A DNA stretch of 64,000 nucleotides from Tubiluchus corallicola (Eukaryota > Animalia > Priapulida). The position numbers and the translations under genes are program-made. Numbering within the stretch: position 1 is the first letter of the stretch; the number at the start of each line of letters is the position of its first letter. Under the pieces are notes generated by a model. That model was not told the DNA's origin. It was given only the letters and a program-made list of their open reading frames with translations, and searched no databases. Location: the NCBI GenBank assembly GCA_030141605.1, contig JAQGDQ010000118.1, forward strand, positions 496,001 through 560,000, read 5' to 3'. This document shows positions 1 to 12,389 of this stretch, piece by piece.

Positions 1-2591
1 AAAAGCTGTCTGATTTGGAAAATAGGGAGCAGCAGTTTAGAAGAGAATGGAACAGCTGTTCCACCTTACAAGAAAAGATTTGATAGATGACAGGTTATTT
101 TATGTTGAGATTAGGATGAACTGCTTTTCTATAGATGCTGCTCTTACCATTTGCCAAACATTCTTCTTAGTTACTTGTGTTAATGGTACGATGAAGATGT
201 TGTAATAATGCGTAGAGAATTGTCTAATACAGTAGCTACATAAATGAACACTACTTTGCGATTGAAATTTTGTGAAGCAATTTTTGATTTTAAAGATTTC
301 ATTCCTATTTGATGTAATCTGATTTTTATGTTATAATAATTATCATATCAGTTAAATCTAGTTTCATCTAATTATCAAAGACACGTTTGGATCTGCACGT
401 CAACAAAAAAAGTATTGGGACTCTCACGATGTGTGATAAATTTTTGCTGTACTCCTTTGAACATGGTGTAGAACACAGAGAATGGGAGATCTTTATTTAA
501 AAATGCAATTATGGCCAATTGATAAGAAAAATGGTTGTTGATATGCATATATCGAATATTTTTCTGTCCCACAGACAGGCTCTGTTCTTTTTGCTGTGTC
601 CCCGAACACCAATACTGCATACACGCAACTAGCAATAATAACAATAATTTATTCTTTAATGAAAGGACAAATCACTTAGCATGTTGGGTTTATTTACTGT
701 TATTATTTAAACTGAGAATAATGCAAGAAAGAAGTTTGCAAAAAAAATTTCATGTCTTGAAGCATAAAGTTTATTTATACTATCACTGCATAGAAATTTT
801 CAAGCGTGGCAGCAACTAATATTCGCACAAAACTAGCTATCTAATTTTTTTATAAAAGGTAATACTTTTGACGGAAATTGACCTTGCCTTGCTTTTCTAC
901 ACCGACTTCAGTGGTGGAAGAGTAAGTGTTCAAAATGGGAGCACCTAACCGTGAGTTGGTCAGGGCTTTAGAGTAATTTTACTAATTATACGAAATACTT
1001 ATCACAGTTTTAACTAAGTCTTTCTAACACTTCTCACAAACATTGAAATAAGCCTAATATAGCTGAATGATGGCCTTTCCTTTAAGGAAATATAGCCCCC
1101 AAGCGACTGCCAGTGTTGAGCAAGTGCGATGGGACTTGAAATTAGATCATTATAAGAATAATGCTCTGAAATAACTGAATGGGTAGATGGAAGTGTCCAC
1201 ATAGGGAAAGCAGACGATAACCAGAATTACAGATAATATCTCCAGAAAAAGTTTTAGTGGCAGTCGCCCATTCGTTTTTTATAATCGGACATATTGCACA
1301 CATATCACGACCTGCCTAACTTTCATGCCTAAGTGCATCTTGCAGCTTGTGACATTGCGGTCATTCGTCAATTAAAGATCTCAGCTACTACTGGTTTATA
1401 ATAACTATTGTGATTGTCTCCTCTTAAATTTGTCATGTGCAATTACCGTTACCGTCGAATGATAGAGGTTAAGCTTACATAGCTTATAAACCTCTCCATT
1501 CTTCCTTGTTTTCTTTCACTATTTAAGAATATGTTAATGAGTGGCGACGCTGCGATCACGAAGCGACATTACATAGGGTTTCTTAGGTTATTTCAATTCC
1601 AGAATTGAAGAAAACTGCATATATAACAACAATTGTTATTATAATCGTTTATTTTTTTCCAAACAGCGTTTCTAAGCCGCACCTTCCTGAGCTGAGGTAG
1701 ACAGAGTGGTAAGGGTAGGTCTGAGTCAGACAAATAATGCGAAATTACATACCCGATCGGTTTGCTCGCTATGAAGGTACACCGTATTGTCGAAGTGAAA
1801 ATTTCCAAAATCTGGAAAGATCGTCAAAGAAGTGTAACTTGGGAATGAGAAATTCAATTTGTTGTCCATAAATTTTAAAAGTGATTTATAATTTTTTGAT
1901 TGTTTGCAAAGTGCAAAGGTTCGATCGAAAGAACAAAATCTCATTGTGCTATAAATTGTTTGTTATCTGCAAAGACAGAGCCTAACTTGGCTAAGGTATG
2001 TCTGATGTTACTCTTAATTATTGTCTGACCGGACGATTAGCTTTTCAAAATAATGTAGGCGTCTAGAAGTAGAAGGGCATAATAGGATACCACTATGTAT
2101 TGGGCAGCAATGTATGACTTAGCATTGAGACCCTCTTGGATTGGAAGGTTAATCTTTATTACTAATTATTATAATATTAATAAGTTTGCTGCTTTGGTTA
2201 GTAGTAGTATTATACCTTGTGTATAACCAGTTGACTTCCGTTGTGTAAAGATCGTACCAGATAAAGGCAGACTTGGGATCAGAATAGATTCTTTAACAGA
2301 GTGATTTTCTGACTGCTTGAGAGAGTTCGAGAAAAAACATATTTACTGTTTCCATTATTTCAGTACACGATGAAGAAAATGTGCCTTTGTAGTAAGTTCT
2401 CACATAAGGTTTGAACCGTTTTTTAAAATGACCAGTAGACAGTCGAGGTGCATCTTTGAATATATTTATTACATCTAATGCAATTTTTTCCATTTAAGTA
2501 CTTGTAACTCGTACACGTCTCTGGACGCAACTCAGTTGCATAACATAACCACAGGCACCTGTCTTGAACTTTCTGGAGCTGCGATGCTTGG

Positions 2592-2836
2592 TAGGGCTGA
2601 GCATTCTCTACCAGAAAACGAATTCGAATCGAAAAATTAGTCTTACAAAGATCATGCATATCACTAGATTTTGTTCTGCAATAAAACGACTAGTAATTTG
2701 TTTAAAATTGTGCACAGAAATCACTGCTAAATTACGCTAATTGCATGATGTTTCAATCATTTTAGTGATCAGGAACATATGTGATTGAAGTGCTGAATTA
2801 TTCGAATCGAATTCGAACGTTCGTTGCTCACCCCTA
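2592..2836. mobile_element. hAT-type MITE family C (TAGGG..GAGCA termini, TTCGAA-rich)
   Basis: Termini tagggctgagca / tgctcaccccta; perfect 8-bp TSD atgcttgg; same family at 39862 and 55510. Confidence 0.8.
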
Positions 2837-4530
2837 ATGCTTGGACGTTAGATTGTAATGATAAACTCACCTGGGTGGTGAGCAGTACAAAGTTCATGCA
2901 GCTCCAATTTAAGTTTACTGGTATTGGTTGTCACCATAAATGGTGATCATTCGATGCTGGAATATATTTCAATAATGTGTGCACAAAAGCTTTGGGGGAG
3001 AGTTAACACCTGTTTAGGATCATGATAGACAAAAATGCCTTTTAATAAGTCCTTTAGTCTGATACAACTTCATCTGATATGCGTTACAGTTCCTTTGATA
3101 TACTTAGGGATGTACCGAATATTCGGATCGCCAAATTTTTTCCCTGTATATCAGTATAAAAATCTGGTCAGGTAAACTTTGGTTGGAATCACTAAAAGGT
3201 AAGTTAATAATTGTCGTATTCGGTGAAAACCATATTAAACAAACCGAATATTTCCCCATGGTGCTTGTAAAAAGTTACCCGAAAAAGGTGTTAGTAAACA
3301 GTGAACATGACATAAAGTCCGACATCTTTCTTTCTCTCTGCGTGACAGAAAATGTGATGCACCGTCAGTACACAAGTTTTGTCAGTGCACAATAGCGTTA
3401 GTATTTAGTAGTAGTATTAGCATTAGTATTTGCAAAAGCATTAAATAGCTTTAAACTAGCATGTTTGTAGATGTTTTTTTTTGAAATTTGAATCTTAATT
3501 AGCGTTATGTATCTGGAAACACAAAATGCTGTTAAGCAAGGGAAAGCTTATGGCTTAAATTGGAATGCTGTTAAAAAGTTCTCTGCGGAGCCTTCTAAGC
3601 TTGTATTTATATAGAAACTTACAAATAGCTAAGATTGCTAACTTTACCAAACAAAAGAGGGCAGAAAATGATAAAGTGATCAACAATATTTTTTCTGTAA
3701 CAGTATTTATTTTCAATTACACAAATTATAATGATCTTTGCTGTACATACAAGTGAAAGTCGTGTGTAATAAGTGAAACCAATAAAGTTATATGACAATA
3801 GGTTTGCTGTCCAGCAGTAGCCTCACGCCAAGTCAACATTTGGTAATAGTTTACAAGTAAATCTATTCAAAGATCATGCCGTACTTCTGGGACTTATAAC
3901 CTTTTGTTATTTCTGCCTTAAATTGTGTCAGTAATCATTATAAGATATATTATTAAGCACACTACAAACAGTTTCGTGCAATGGTATGTAATGTGGAACA
4001 ACACATTGAAACTCCAATCATCCGGATTGTACTGTACTTTCAATCAACATTTTTTATGCGTACCTACTTGACATTCCACTGCCTGTTTTTAGTCTGATTA
4101 GTCTGGTGCTTCCATTCCTGAATCTGGTGCTAGGCCAAGGTTTACCCCAAGGTAAGGTTCTTGAATAAACTCTTGAAACTCTTGAAGGTTATTTCCATCC
4201 CTGAATCTATAAGCCTACTTTAGACTTAGAAACTGTCGAAGATTTAAATTGTCACTTCCCCGAAGCAGTATTGAGTGAGCATCGCAATAGGTATCTTATT
4301 TCTTCAGACTGTTGCATTGAGGACTGCCACGTATATAGCCACTTCACATACATACACATATGTACATAGTAAACTACATACACAGTAGTGTACATAGCGA
4401 ATTTCTGTCACATTCATATTTAATTTCACAACTGACAAATAGCCATAGTGCATTGTATTTGTGGTGTACCGGTTTTAGTGGCAAGTTTCGTTAGCCGAAA
4501 TTTTTGCATTTGTATAAATAAAGTGTATTT

Positions 4531-4828
4531 TTCGCGTTTAATCGAACAAGACTCTCTGGCTGCCTTCCTAAGTCTACTCAGCCTCTGCCTTGTCCCAGTC
4601 TTACTTAGCCTTAGTTAGGTCATGTACTGGTGAAAGGCAGCTCTGTAATGTGCCAGCCACTTATCCTCCTTGTGTGCTGTTCGCATTTAATCAAACAAGA
4701 CTCTCTGACTGCCTTCCTAAGTCTACTCAGCCTCTGCCTTGTCCCAGTCTTACTTAGCCTTAGTTATGTCATGTACTGGTGAAAGGCAGCTGTGTAATGT
4801 GCCAGCCACTTATCCTCCTTGTGTGCTG
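4531..4828. repeat. Tandem duplication, 2 x 149 bp
   Basis: 4531-4679 is repeated almost identically at 4680-4828 (ttcgc.tttaatc...ccttgtgtgctg). Confidence 0.9.
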
Positions 4829-4880
4829 AAGCTTGCACAATAGGGAAAATAAGTGAGTTGACTAGAAAAAGTGCAAACTA

Positions 4881-6057
4881 ATAAAATCCAGCTCTCTGAC
4901 TTACTACAAATGTATGATTTGTTTAGAATGTTTAATGACTGAAGAAGTCTTATTTAATCGCACAAAAACTTGGCTTTGCAAAGTACTAATCGGTGTAGGT
5001 TGTGACTCGGAATATCAGTTTACATAGATGCAGTGGGTGTTATGAACATTGAAGTGTTGTGGAGATCACTGACGTCAAGTAGAATTGCACGGGGAACATC
5101 GTAGAATGTTCCGTCGGAATGAACGCCTTACCGTCTGGATTGTTCTCGAACATTTCTTCGAGAAGTTTTTCCAGCGCGCTGTATAAGGCGAAGCAGGCTG
5201 CCGACACTGGATCGCAGATCACGAATCGTACATAGCACACAGATCTAACACGAACTTATAATTACGCTTTTATAATGATATAAACGTTTTCCAGATTTTA
5301 CGTTTATTGTAATCATTTCAAAGTTCCTTCATACGTGTGTTGTAACAATTCTCGGTCAATAAAGTAATAACATTTAACGGCGTGTTTTCTGGTTTTCTCT
5401 ACGAGCCTTCCGAGAGTAACAAAACACAACATGAAGTTGATTCGGACTGTGAATTGTTTTCTGAACATTTGAGAGATTTGAAGGCTGCCATTGATAGCAA
5501 CAAAATAGGTAACCGTCTTGAATTTGATGAGATGGGCGATTAAATGTACATGCTCCGGTGACGTCAAAGTAACGCGTCAGATATTGCCCAACAACGCACG
5601 CGACATGGTAGGTCAGGTGCGGACCCAAAAACTTTTCTCGAGTAGGCACAGATGCCATACATCAGAGCATGGGTACTTTAGATATGTCCCAAGAAGATCC
5701 ATCATTCGGTAATAGAATGCTGTACTCATGTTTTACAAAACAGGTTTATTTTATGGAGTAGTGGCAGTCAAGACTGCATTGCAAAGGAATACGAACATAA
5801 ACGATCCTGTAGTTCATTTACTCTTACAAAAAGGAAAGGTTTGGGAAGCATTGTCAAGAGTGGAAACCTTCGGCAATAATCTGGAAAATGCGTTTCCAAC
5901 ATGCGAGCAAGTTTACTTGTCAGATTTGCAAATAAGAAATGTCAGAATGCACTTAATCTCCTTCATCAATCATATGTGAGATCATACGAATGCAGAACTT
6001 GTGTGGAAAGCATTTCTAGCGCATCGTTCACATGAAGTGTCATTTAAGTTTGCATGT
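4881..6057 (+). pseudogene. Decayed eighth copy of the C2H2 zinc-finger family, interrupted by a solo LTR
   Basis: From 4881 reads IKSSSLTYYKCMICLECLMTEEVLFNRTKTWLCKVLIGVG (ATG->ATA, both His lost); 5912-6057 has frameshifted FTCQIC..KKCQNALNLLH..SYECRTCGKHF*RIVHMKCHLSLH. Confidence 0.85.
5055..5431 (+). mobile_element. Solo LTR family B
   Basis: TGTTGTG...CACAACA termini, 5-bp TSD tgaag, internal TATA-like tataagg and AATAAA. Confidence 0.8.
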
Positions 6058-6368
6058 TGAACACAAACAGTGAGCTTATAGTGATCGGCTGATTAGAGAT
6101 AAGTGACACAGGAGCTTGTGCTAAATGAACACAGGGAAATTTTGTGGAGTAACTTTTTATTGCATCAAAAAAAGTGACAACTAGGTGCACTCTTTTGTTT
6201 TAAGAGTATTTCATCAATTTTCATGGGGTCTAGTATGATATTGTTTCCGGAGCATGCAGCTGAGCACTGAAGCTATATAAACTGTTAGTATGTACATGTC
6301 AGAGGATACACAGATATAGCCTCCTTAATATAATGAACAAAGTATTTAAACTGAAATATCTGCTAGAA

Positions 6369-6819
6369 CAGGGGTGTGCAAATTATCTGACTAGCCAGGC
6401 CACATTAAACTTTCCCACAACTCCTGCGGGCCACAGACAGTTTGATCAAGGAGCCAAGTACAGAAAGGCCTAATAACGATTTTTATTTTGCATCCGACCT
6501 GCGTACATCATTACTACAACACTCAAGAAACTATTTTAGAAGTTATTTAAATTTATATTACAAACCATTCAGGACAGATAGTGGTAATTTCATTACAATG
6601 CATATTAGCAATGTGTATCACACAGTTTGTGTAGTACAGTGATATTAAGCTACAACCGTCTTGTAAGGGTTAATGACATCCGATCTAGTAGAAAAAACTA
6701 ACCGCACTGTCTTTGGGATCGTGGCACAGACTTCAGCTTGATACACTCAATTAATCGCCCGGGCCGCACTTTCATTAGGTTGACAAATCTCCTCACGGGC
6801 CGCAATTTGCACACCCCTG
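6369..6819. mobile_element. hAT (Charlie/Buster-like) MITE family A
   Basis: TIRs caggggtgtgcaaa / tttgcacacccctg; degenerate 8-bp TSD with central TA; five copies in the window. Confidence 0.8.
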
Positions 6820-7179
6820 TACTAAACCAAATGTTGCTATCGATATTGTAAAATATAAGCTTATGCAGTTTAATTTGCTCTTGACTGTTGAGTATGACAA
6901 TAAATCTTTCATTAATTGGATTTTTAACTTTGTCGGTAACATAAAACGAAAGTTGAAAAACCTGTTAGCTACTTTTTTATTATTACACTCTTCAGAAAAC
7001 TGTTTTAACTGGCACATGTTACGAAGTCTTTATTCCTGATTTGTATTGTAGTATGGTGCCATGGGTATCCTTCAAGCCGTTTGTTTTTCGTTTTTTAAGA
7101 ATAGTCAAGGAAGCTTTTGATAGTACATGTAATGTAAATATTTTTGTGCTTGGTCGAAAATGAATGGTGGTACTGAATA

Positions 7180-7633
7180 CAGTCTAACCTCGTTGTCTCG
7201 CCCCTCGTTATGCCGCCAAACTCGTCTCTCGCCATAGAAAGTACCAGGACGGATTTCCTGCTTTGATATTTACCTCGTTAAGTCGCCACCCTCGCTTCTC
7301 GCCCTCGCCACGTCATGCTAGGATGAGTGCTCATGTAAACTATATTCGTTATGTCGCCAAACAGACAAACTCAGAGGTGAATCGATCAATACATATACCG
7401 CGTGTCGATCAATATAACCACGGTATGTAGACAATGCTGCTGTACTCGATAGACAGACATAATTAATCTAGTGTGTGTCTCTCCAGGATTGGATTAGGAG
7501 TGCTGTGGTTGGTTAATGCGCAGAGAAACTTATGTATATACATATAGACTAACTTCATTATATTCCCGTTATCTCGCCATACTCGCCTCTCGCCAAAAAT
7601 TTGCCCTAGATGGACAGTAACGAGACTAGACTG
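7180..7633. mobile_element. pogo/Tigger-like MITE
   Basis: TA|cagtctaacctcgtt ... aacgagactagactg|TA; internal ctcgcc repeats. Confidence 0.7.
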
Positions 7634-8226
7634 TAGTTTGTTTTTAAATCATTGCTCTCAGTCCCTATAAACTATCTCAATTCTAAGCGATCAAACCTCA
7701 GGTACCTTTTATTAGACAGGAAGGTAGTGATTTATGAAGTTTACAATCTGAGAAATTTAAATTGCTAGTGCAAAGTTGTAATATAGGCCTAGAATAATAA
7801 AGCGTATATCATTACAAAGCTTTGAGTTATTGTTCATTTGCTTTTTGCTGGCACTGTTAGCTGAGGATGCACGTAAGGTAACGTACGTTTACAAAGAAAT
7901 TAAGAAATTAACAATCACCGTCTGCAACTGGAAAAGTAACATGTAGTTTGAAATAAAAGACGAATACATTTAATCTAGCTAAGTAATGTGTGCAAGAAAT
8001 TAAGAAAGTAAATGTAGTGAAAAAATGTTCGTATGTACAGTATTAAAAAAAGTTTCTTAAAATGGCATTACTAGAAAAGATGGTCTGTTTCTTATTTTAT
8101 TAGTATTTGTGTTGAAATTTCAAATTCTGTTAAGGGTGTTATTGTGAGATTGGAAGAATCACAAGCTAAGTTTGCCTAGTAAATGAAGTGCTGTGAATTT
8201 TAGGTGTTCTTGTCGATGAGAAGATA

Positions 8227-8979
8227 ATGGAAGCCGAGTCATTGATCTACTACAAGTGTACAGCCTGTTCAGAGTGTTTCATGACTGAGGAAGTGTTCTT
8301 TGCTCACACAAGAACCTGGCATTGTAAGATTTTAATCTGCGAAGGCCACGATTCATCATCTAATGACACAAGCAATCTGATCGTGAAAACCGAGCCTACT
8401 TTGGGATTTAAGTTCCACGCCGAGTATTCAGCAGATTCGGAGGCAGCAACCAGTGAGACATACGAAGAGCAATCATTAATGGATTATAATGCCATAGTCG
8501 AAGCTATACCTTTTGGTGATCGTAATAGTGATGTGAAAACAACAGATGTTGGTCAGGATGTACTTGCAGTTATTCCAGGATCAGAAAACACGTCACAACT
8601 GTGTAGCGAGTCGGCTCTCCCTGATAACTATCCTGTTAATCATCAAGCAGTGTCCGTGCACTCTACATATCAGAGATCAAGCATTTTTACTTCTATTCGA
8701 AATAAGATCAGCAGAACTAAATCAAACAACGGCAGAAGCGGCTCCTTTTCGAAACCGAAAAAAATGGCGGCAGGTTTCTCTGACAGTGATCCACACTCGC
8801 AGCGCGTAGTTGGCTTTGCTTGCAAATTTTGTAAGAGAGTTTGCCAAAATGTGTTTGTGTTAAAACGCCACGAACTAATCCATACGGGAGAACGTCCCTA
8901 TGAATGCAATATGTGCAATAAACGCTTTCAACGTAAAGATCACTTACAAGTACATCTTGCAAGACATCTTAGATATTGA
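8227..8979 (+). CDS. C2H2 zinc-finger protein ZF-1 (N-terminal atypical finger + 2 C-terminal C2H2)
   Basis: 250 aa; CTAC..HTRTWHC module, VKTEP, TGERPY linker; acceptor gctgtgaattttag ends 8203; AATAAA at 9234. Confidence 0.92.
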   Translation: MEAESLIYYKCTACSECFMTEEVFFAHTRTWHCKILICEGHDSSSNDTSNLIVKTEPTLGFKFHAEYSADSEAATSETYEEQSLMDYNAIVEAIPFGDRNSDVKTTDVGQDVLAVIPGSENTSQLCSESALPDNYPVNHQAVSVHSTYQRSSIFTSIRNKISRTKSNNGRSGSFSKPKKMAAGFSDSDPHSQRVVGFACKFCKRVCQNVFVLKRHELIHTGERPYECNMCNKRFQRKDHLQVHLARHLRY

Positions 8980-9831
8980 CTCAAGTATGGCAATAATTTA
9001 AGAAAACTTCTCATGTATACCTGCAGCCTAACATCGGTGATATTTATCTCAAACTGTTCGTGTTGATCTGTTTCGTTTTTCGTTTAATAATGTTTGCGAT
9101 TTTGGTATGCCAAAGTAAGGTCTAGCTGTGTTTCCGATTATAGATTTATGGCAGACTTTTTTTTTAATTTAAATTTTGGGAGCGTATTGATTTGCCTGTG
9201 AATTTTTGTACTTGGTTTTTGTCCAACTTCTTGAATAAAGTGCACAATTTTGCATTTGAGAAACTGTAGGTACAAAATTCGATTTAGGTGTACACAAACT
9301 GTTGTACGTAGCTATGCAGTTATCGTTGCAGTTTACTCTGTTCATTAAAATTTTTACAACAAGCCTATTGTAACAACTGGTGCAATAATTTCGATTAGAG
9401 ATATTGAATTGTAGATCTGTACAATGAATTTGTCTCTTCGAAATCTTGACTTTAAGATAAATAAAAGAACTACAGTAATATATATATATATATATATGTA
9501 TGTTCAGTTGTATGCTTGTATCTACTCATGCATGACCAGCTGAAAGATTTTCTAAGAAAATGCTAATTCATGATCTTGATATTGTACCTTACGAAGATCT
9601 CAACTGTTCACTACTGGGATTTTTTATCTCACCTTTTCAGCTGTATGTACGGTAACATTTTTCCGACTGTCTGCCCGGTTACATAGACAGTAGCGTCGAA
9701 TTTCAACTATTATTTATTCATTTTCGCACAGTCAGGCAGGCCTGTTAAGTGCCAGAGTTGTTTACTAAGTAATTATGCTGTAAATTTTAGGTTGAGAACT
9801 GAATTTTGAAGATCGCGGTGATTTAAGAGCA

Positions 9832-10590
9832 ATGGAATCCGAATCGCTTATTTACTTCAAATGTACGGCCTGCTCTGAATGCTTCATGACTGAGGAAGTG
9901 TTCTTTGCTCACACAAGAACCTGGCATTGCAAGATCTTAATCTGCGAAGGCCACGATTCATCATCTAATGACACAAGCAATCTCATCGTCAAAACCGAGC
10001 CTACTTTGGGATTTAACTTCCACGCCGAGTATTCTGCAGATTCGGAGGCAGCAACTAGTGAGACATACGAAGAGCATTCATTAATGGATTATAGTGCTGC
10101 TGTTGAAGCTATACCTTTTGCTGATCATAATAGTGATGTGAAAACAACAGATGTTAGTCAAGACGTGCTCAGAGTTATTCCAGGATCAGAAAACACATCA
10201 CAACTGCGTAGCGAGTCGACTGTCCCTGATAACTATTCAGTTAACCATCAAGCAGTGTCTGTGCACTCTACACATCACAGATCAAGCATTTTTACTTCTA
10301 TTAGAAAAAAGATCAGCAGAACTAGGCCTAAACCAAAGTACAGCAGAACTGGCTCCTTTTCAAAACCGAAAAATTTAACTACTGGTTTCTTGGATAGTGA
10401 TCCACACTCACAACGTGTAGTTGGTTTTGCTTGCAAATTTTGTAAGAAAGTTTGCCAAACTGTGACACTCCTGAAACGCCATGAACTTATTCATACTGGA
10501 GAACGCCCTTATGAATGCAACATGTGCAATAAACGTTTTCAACGCAAGGACCACTTACAAGTGCATCTTGTAAGACATCTTAGACATTGA
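9832..10590 (+). CDS. C2H2 zinc-finger protein ZF-2
   Basis: 252 aa, close paralog of ZF-1; acceptor gctgtaaattttag ends 9790; AATAAA at 10824. Confidence 0.92.
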   Translation: MESESLIYFKCTACSECFMTEEVFFAHTRTWHCKILICEGHDSSSNDTSNLIVKTEPTLGFNFHAEYSADSEAATSETYEEHSLMDYSAAVEAIPFADHNSDVKTTDVSQDVLRVIPGSENTSQLRSESTVPDNYSVNHQAVSVHSTHHRSSIFTSIRKKISRTRPKPKYSRTGSFSKPKNLTTGFLDSDPHSQRVVGFACKFCKKVCQTVTLLKRHELIHTGERPYECNMCNKRFQRKDHLQVHLVRHLRH

Positions 10591-11335
10591 CTCGAATGTG
10601 GCAACAATTTAATAAAAATCACTTTATGTATGATACAGTTTAATATCAATGATATTTAACCCAAAATATTCTTGTTACTGTTTCAGTTGCTGATGATGGC
10701 ATTCTTGTCATTTTTGTTACATACGCCGAATTAGGTTTTAGTTGTACAGCAGACATGTTTTTTTAATTTAAGTTTTCTGTACCGGTATTACGATTTTCTT
10801 TTAAACTTTCAAACGACTTCTTGAATAAAGCGTATAGTACAATTTGCTTCTAAAAAATTGTACACAATAATTCTGTTTGATTGTATGCGATGTTCTGTAT
10901 ACGGCTACTTAAAAGATATTTTGTTATTTTTGGTATTAAGTGTTTTACCTGATAATTTTTGTGACAAGAACATTGTGTTAAGTAAGAAATGCAAGTTTTT
11001 TTATGAAATTGTCTATATGTAATGTGTGTACCCTAAATGTGTTGATCTGTGCATGTGAGGCCTCACAATTTAGGATGACTAGCTAAAAAGATTTTGTATG
11101 AAAAATGCTAATTAGTGATTTTAATTCTATCTGATGAAGATCACATCTTTCAGCTGTAGGTAGAGTAGCATTTTAATCTGCCTGCACCCTGTGTAACTTC
11201 TCTATTAGGCTTAAAATTTGATTCATTATTTCTCTTTTTAGGCGTGTCTATAACGCCTACATTTTTTAGTAAAATTTTATGCTATAAATTTTAGGTTGAG
11301 AACCAAACTTTGAGGAACCTACTCATCTCAGAACA

Positions 11336-12211
11336 ATGGAAGCTGAGTCACTTATTTACTACAAATGTACAGCTTGTTGTGAATGCTTCATGGCTGAGGA
11401 GGTGTTCTTTGCTCACACCAGGACCTGGCACTGTAAGATACTTGTGAGTGAAGGTCACGGCTCGGAAGATGAAGCCCCTGATCCTAGTAGCTGCATTGTG
11501 AAAACTGAACCTACTTCTGAACTTGATTTTTACGTTAGGCCTGTAAATCTTACGGGATCAGATGGACCAAATGACCAGTATAAAGAACAGTCAATAATCC
11601 CATTTGACACAGTTGTGGAAACAAGGTCGTACGACGGTAGTGATGATATAAAAATACTAGATGATGTTTGTCATGATGTGCCACATCCTACACATGGATT
11701 TATGGACCTAGAAAGGGCAGACAGAAAGTTGGTTATACATGCAAGGCAAGGATTTTCCTGGATAGATAATTTGCAGGTGGACAACAGAAGGTTTTGCAGT
11801 GAAACTATTGCAGAGAATAGGGTCAGGAACAATGCAGACAGTGAAATAATCATTAGAAGTAAGAGTTGTTCAGTGACTAATCAAGGAGTTTTGATACCCA
11901 CACCAAGGAAAACAGCCGTAAAAAGTAACACTACATGTAGCAAGTCAAGGAGCAGCAAATGTGGCTCTTTTCCAAAACTGAAGAGCAATCTTATTGGAAG
12001 TGCTAGTAGTGATCCGCAACTACAGCGTGTAACTGGTTTTGCTTGCAAATTTTGTCAAAAGGTTTGCCCAAATGTGTCTAAGCTGCAGCGTCATGAAAGA
12101 ATTCATACAGGAGAAAGGCCTTGGGAATGCAGCATTTGTAGCAAACGTTTCCAGCGATCAGACCACCTAAAACAACACTTAACATGCCACAGCACACAAC
12201 CTGTTGTATGA
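11336..12211 (+). CDS. C2H2 zinc-finger protein ZF-3
   Basis: 291 aa, same architecture; acceptor gctataaattttag ends 11294. Confidence 0.92.
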   Translation: MEAESLIYYKCTACCECFMAEEVFFAHTRTWHCKILVSEGHGSEDEAPDPSSCIVKTEPTSELDFYVRPVNLTGSDGPNDQYKEQSIIPFDTVVETRSYDGSDDIKILDDVCHDVPHPTHGFMDLERADRKLVIHARQGFSWIDNLQVDNRRFCSETIAENRVRNNADSEIIIRSKSCSVTNQGVLIPTPRKTAVKSNTTCSKSRSSKCGSFPKLKSNLIGSASSDPQLQRVTGFACKFCQKVCPNVSKLQRHERIHTGERPWECSICSKRFQRSDHLKQHLTCHSTQPVV

Positions 12212-12389
12212 TATGGCAGACACGCATGTTTGACTCACTTTTAATGTTTTAAAACTGACTGGAATGGCAAAGTGTTTGAACTAGATGGTAGCTACCTGCA
12301 GCATGTATGCGCAACTTTCCTTACACTTGTCTAAGTCTATAAATCATGTGTACTACTGATAGTGTTTAAGTTTCTTTTATGCCTTATAT

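Noticed and set aside
1-700. Possible decayed retroelement or coding remnant on the minus strand
   Set aside because: No motif could be recognised with confidence
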